From Bdellovibrionota bacterium (GTDB lineage: Bacteria > Bdellovibrionota_C > UBA2361 > CAKMMH01), in the NCBI GenBank assembly GCA_050952645.1, contig JBMNLI010000017.1:128001-192000 (forward strand): DNA of 64,000 nucleotides. Direction: 5' to 3'. The notes beneath the pieces are model-generated. The model saw nothing but the letters and a program-made list of their open reading frames with translations. It ran no database searches and had not been told where the DNA came from. Below, in pieces: positions 60,997-64,000 of this stretch. Numbering within the stretch: the stretch's first letter is position 1; each line of letters opens with the position of its first letter. Both the position numbers and the translations under genes were made by a program.

Positions 60997-62502
60997 GTGA
61001 CCACATTACTATGTATTCTTGATGGGTTTGGTATAAATGAAAATCGTGAGCATAATGCCATAGCGCTAGCTAATACACCTTATATAGATAATCTTTTACA
61101 ACATTACCCGCACGCTAAACTTAATGCTTCTGGGCTTTCCGTAGGGCTTCCAGATGGACAAATGGGAAACTCTGAAGTTGGCCATCTAAATATTGGAGCT
61201 GGGCGTGTTATAGAACAATGGCTAGTTAGAATTTCACGAGAACTCGAGCAAGGTGATTTAACTAAAAATTCATCTTATAGCAATTTTATTTCAAACTTAA
61301 AACAAGACGGCAAAATACATCTATTTGGCTTATTTTCAAACGGTGGCATACATTCTCACATAGACCATTTAAAACTTTTAATAAAAAACCTTACTAAAAA
61401 TACCGACAAAACTATATGCATTCATATAATAACCGATGGACGTGATACAGAGCCGATGGATGCTATAAATCAGTATAAAGATTTCTTAAAATTTTTAGAA
61501 CCTTATAAAAACGTTTTAATCGCCGATATCTGCGGACGTTTTTACGCTATGGATAGAGATAAAAGATGGGAGCGAGTAAAAAAGGCATACGATGCTTATA
61601 CTAAACTCGATGCTCCTAGGATTACAAAAATCGAAGATTATTTAACTAAAAATTATGCTAATAATATTGGTGATGAATTTATCGAACCTGCAATCCTTGA
61701 AGAACTTCAAGTTTCACAAAACGACTCAATAATATTTTGGAATTATAGAGCAGATAGAATGAGAGAGATAGTGAAAGCTTTTGCGATAAAAGATTTTGAT
61801 GGCTTTCAAAGAAACATTCCTTGCTTTAACAAAGAGCAAGTTCTATGTTTTACAGAATACGACGAAACGTACGATTTGCCCGTTTTATTTGAAAAGATAG
61901 ATATAAAAAATCATTTAAGCGAGGTTATCTCAAAGCAAGGATTAAAACAATTTAAAACTGCTGAGACTGAAAAGTATGCTCACGTTACGTTCTTTTTAAA
62001 TGGTGGAATAGAAGCCCCGATGCAAAATGAGGATAGATGCGTTATCCCATCTCCTAGAGATGTAAAGACTTATGATGAAAAGCCTGAGATGAGTGCTAAG
62101 TTAGTTGCCGAGAAAGTGATTGAGGCTATAAATTCAGATACTTACGATTTAATCGTAGTAAATTTTGCTAATCCTGACATGGTAGGACACACTGGCATTG
62201 AAAGCGCTGCTATAAAAGCTATTGAAACTGTAGATGTTTGTATTCAAAAAATTTTTGATGTATTATTACCAAAAGGTGGGCAAGGACTTATTATCGCAGA
62301 CCATGGCAACGCTGAATCTATGGTAAATGAAAACGGCACACCAAACACTGCACACACAACGAACTTAGTCCCTGTAATACTTGTAAGATATAAGGAAAAA
62401 GTTTCACTAAAAGATGGTGCTCTATGTGATGTGGCTCCTACCGTGCTAAAGATGATGAACATTGAAAAGCCTAAAGAAATGACTGGAAATGCATTATTTT
62501 AA
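60997..62502 (+). CDS. gpmI: 2,3-bisphosphoglycerate-independent phosphoglycerate mutase
   Basis: ILDGFG, GLPDGQMGNSEVGH, GRFYAMDRDKRW, NFANPDMVGHTG, ADHGNAE; GTG start after AGGAGG. Confidence 0.97.
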   Translation: MTTLLCILDGFGINENREHNAIALANTPYIDNLLQHYPHAKLNASGLSVGLPDGQMGNSEVGHLNIGAGRVIEQWLVRISRELEQGDLTKNSSYSNFISNLKQDGKIHLFGLFSNGGIHSHIDHLKLLIKNLTKNTDKTICIHIITDGRDTEPMDAINQYKDFLKFLEPYKNVLIADICGRFYAMDRDKRWERVKKAYDAYTKLDAPRITKIEDYLTKNYANNIGDEFIEPAILEELQVSQNDSIIFWNYRADRMREIVKAFAIKDFDGFQRNIPCFNKEQVLCFTEYDETYDLPVLFEKIDIKNHLSEVISKQGLKQFKTAETEKYAHVTFFLNGGIEAPMQNEDRCVIPSPRDVKTYDEKPEMSAKLVAEKVIEAINSDTYDLIVVNFANPDMVGHTGIESAAIKAIETVDVCIQKIFDVLLPKGGQGLIIADHGNAESMVNENGTPNTAHTTNLVPVILVRYKEKVSLKDGALCDVAPTVLKMMNIEKPKEMTGNALF

Positions 62503-62571
62503 ATGCATTATTTTAAAATGTGTGAATAATATTTTAAGGATAATAACTTAAAAAACGACTAAGGAGAGTTT

Positions 62572-63381
62572 ATGGAAGAATTTACAGAAGATCTTAGAAG
62601 CATAAAAGCATTAGAAACTATTTTCGAAAAACTACGAGACCCTAAAACTGGGTGTCCTTGGGAAAAAACCCGAACTCATGAAACTTTAAAACAAGATTTA
62701 GTCGAAGAAACCTATGAGGTGCTTGATGCGCTTGAGCAAAACGATCCTAGTATGCTAAAAGAGGAACTTGGCGACCTTTTGCTCCACATAATTCACCATA
62801 CTGAGATAGAAAGAGAAAAAAATAATTTTTCGATTGAAGATGTAATCGAGGAACTAGCAAAAAAACTTATAAGAAGACACCCTCACGTATTTACGACGGA
62901 TATAAAAGCAAATACTCCTTTAGAAGTCTTAGAAAATTGGGAAAAAATAAAAGCAAAAGAAAATATTGATAATAAAAAAACTTACGAACATACGCTTGAT
63001 AAAATTCCTAACTCCTTTCCCCCATTTTTAAGAGCATATAAGCAAGGCATTACAGCCTCTAGGCTTGGCTTTGATTGGAATAACGCTAATGATGTATTAG
63101 AAAAAATTTCAGAGGAACTAGAAGAGGTAAAAACGGAAGCTAAAAAAGATCTAAGCGTAAAAGAAAATCAAGATACATTAAAAGAAGAAATAGGAGACTT
63201 ACTATATGCGACTATTCAATACATTAGAAAATTAAATTTTTGCCAAGAAGAGATATTAAATAATGCTTGCAAGAAATTTAAAAAAAGGTTTGATAAGCTA
63301 GAAGATTTAGCTACTAAAGATCTTGGTAAGTATTCGCAAGAAGAATTTGATAAACTTTGGAGAGAAGCTAAAAAAATTTAA
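62572..63381 (+). CDS. mazG: Nucleoside triphosphate pyrophosphohydrolase
   Basis: LRDPKTGCPW, EETYEVLDA, EELGDLL, KLIRRHPHVF, GFDW, EEIGDLL. Confidence 0.95.
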   Translation: MEEFTEDLRSIKALETIFEKLRDPKTGCPWEKTRTHETLKQDLVEETYEVLDALEQNDPSMLKEELGDLLLHIIHHTEIEREKNNFSIEDVIEELAKKLIRRHPHVFTTDIKANTPLEVLENWEKIKAKENIDNKKTYEHTLDKIPNSFPPFLRAYKQGITASRLGFDWNNANDVLEKISEELEEVKTEAKKDLSVKENQDTLKEEIGDLLYATIQYIRKLNFCQEEILNNACKKFKKRFDKLEDLATKDLGKYSQEEFDKLWREAKKI

Positions 63382-63404
63382 ATTTATATTTAAAGGTTTT
63401 TCGT

Positions 63405-64000
63405 ATGACACTACTTTATATTATCCTTGCAGGTCTGCTACTATGCTTTGCCTCAATCATTGCATCTGGAATATTACTAATAAAAGAAGCTTACTTAAAA
63501 AAAATAATATTCCCCGTAGTTTCAATATCATCTGGTGTTTTTTTAGGCGCTGCTTTTTTATTTTTAATACCTGAAAGCTTAGAGTTATTAGGAGATGCAC
63601 ACCTTTCTTTATTTTTTGTATTGCTTGGATTTTTAACCTTTCTATTTTTAGAAGAAGTTTTAGAGTGGCACCATTGCCATAAAATGCCTAGTGAACATAA
63701 GCTTCATAATATGCATCATAATGAACATCATAATAAAAATCATAAAGACAAACTTGGCTGGCTTATAACATTTTCAGATTTTTTTCATAATGCAATAGAT
63801 GGCGCTAGCATAGCAGCTACCTTTATAATCTCCCCTAACCTTGGGCTAGTTACTACCATTTCAACTTTCTTACATGAGCTACCACAAGAAATTGGAGATA
63901 TCGGCATTTTAATTCATTCTGGGGCCAAGAAGAAGAAAGCTTTTTTATTAAATCTACTTTCTCAACTTACGTTTTTCGTAGGGGCCTTTTTCGTATACTT
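63405..64000 (+). CDS. ZIP-family metal transporter (partial; runs off the window and is absent from the ORF track)
   Basis: Hand translation from ATG at 63405: GVFLGAAF..LIPES, His-rich loop, FHNAIDG, HELPQEIGD. Confidence 0.9.
   Translation, partial: MTLLYIILAGLLLCFASIIASGILLIKEAYLKKIIFPVVSISSGVFLGAAFLFLIPESLELLGDAHLSLFFVLLGFLTFLFLEEVLEWHHCHKMPSEHKLHNMHHNEHHNKNHKDKLGWLITFSDFFHNAIDGASIAATFIISPNLGLVTTISTFLHELPQEIGDIGILIHSGAKKKKAFLLNLLSQLTFFVGAFFVY

Noticed and set aside
449..63574. Short overlapping ORFs in the track (for example 449-673, 10130-10438, 15964-16455, 18048-18512, 19241-19849, 42428-42775, 56463-56888, 63323-63574)
   Set aside because: They are antisense or alternate-frame shadows of well-supported genes with no motifs; 63323-63574 overlaps the real ZIP gene in another frame.
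1..64000. tRNA, rRNA or riboswitch
   Set aside because: No cloverleaf/T-loop pattern or conserved RNA motif was recognised by eye; an Infernal/Rfam scan would be needed to exclude small RNAs.

Overview
Low-GC bacterial chromosomal window (under about 30% GC by eye) from a Gram-negative, deltaproteobacterium/Bdellovibrionota-like organism; the taxon is an inference from gene content. It is mostly housekeeping and envelope genes: typA, nuoHIJK, trmL, dtd, mtnN, a GH3 hydrolase, lpdA, lolE-lolD-bamA, skp-fabZ-lpxA-lpxI-map, bamD, pilQ, ubiE, obgE-rpmA-rplU, rsfS, gpmI, mazG and a partial ZIP transporter. Notable accessory features are: (1) a non-coding MITE-like element with at least four copies, each with terminal inverted repeats and an 8-bp target duplication; (2) an 870-aa secreted Cys-rich protein with a 22-unit CCAA tract in its signal region (candidate phase-variation switch), three 168-bp tandem repeats and a probable C-terminal A7 frameshift; (3) a FokI-like type IIS endonuclease pseudogene with stops at two conserved Trp codons; (4) a complete IS1634-like element interrupting a reconstructable 242-aa orphan gene; (5) a DprE1/DprE2/HAD-UbiA/GT2 arabinofuranose-type glycosylation cluster near pilQ; and (6) a chaperone-usher fimbrial operon whose usher has a Trp-Trp repeat extension. 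Short 11-15 bp tandem duplications are pervasive. No tRNA, rRNA or CRISPR array was seen. All family assignments are from motif recognition, not database searches.
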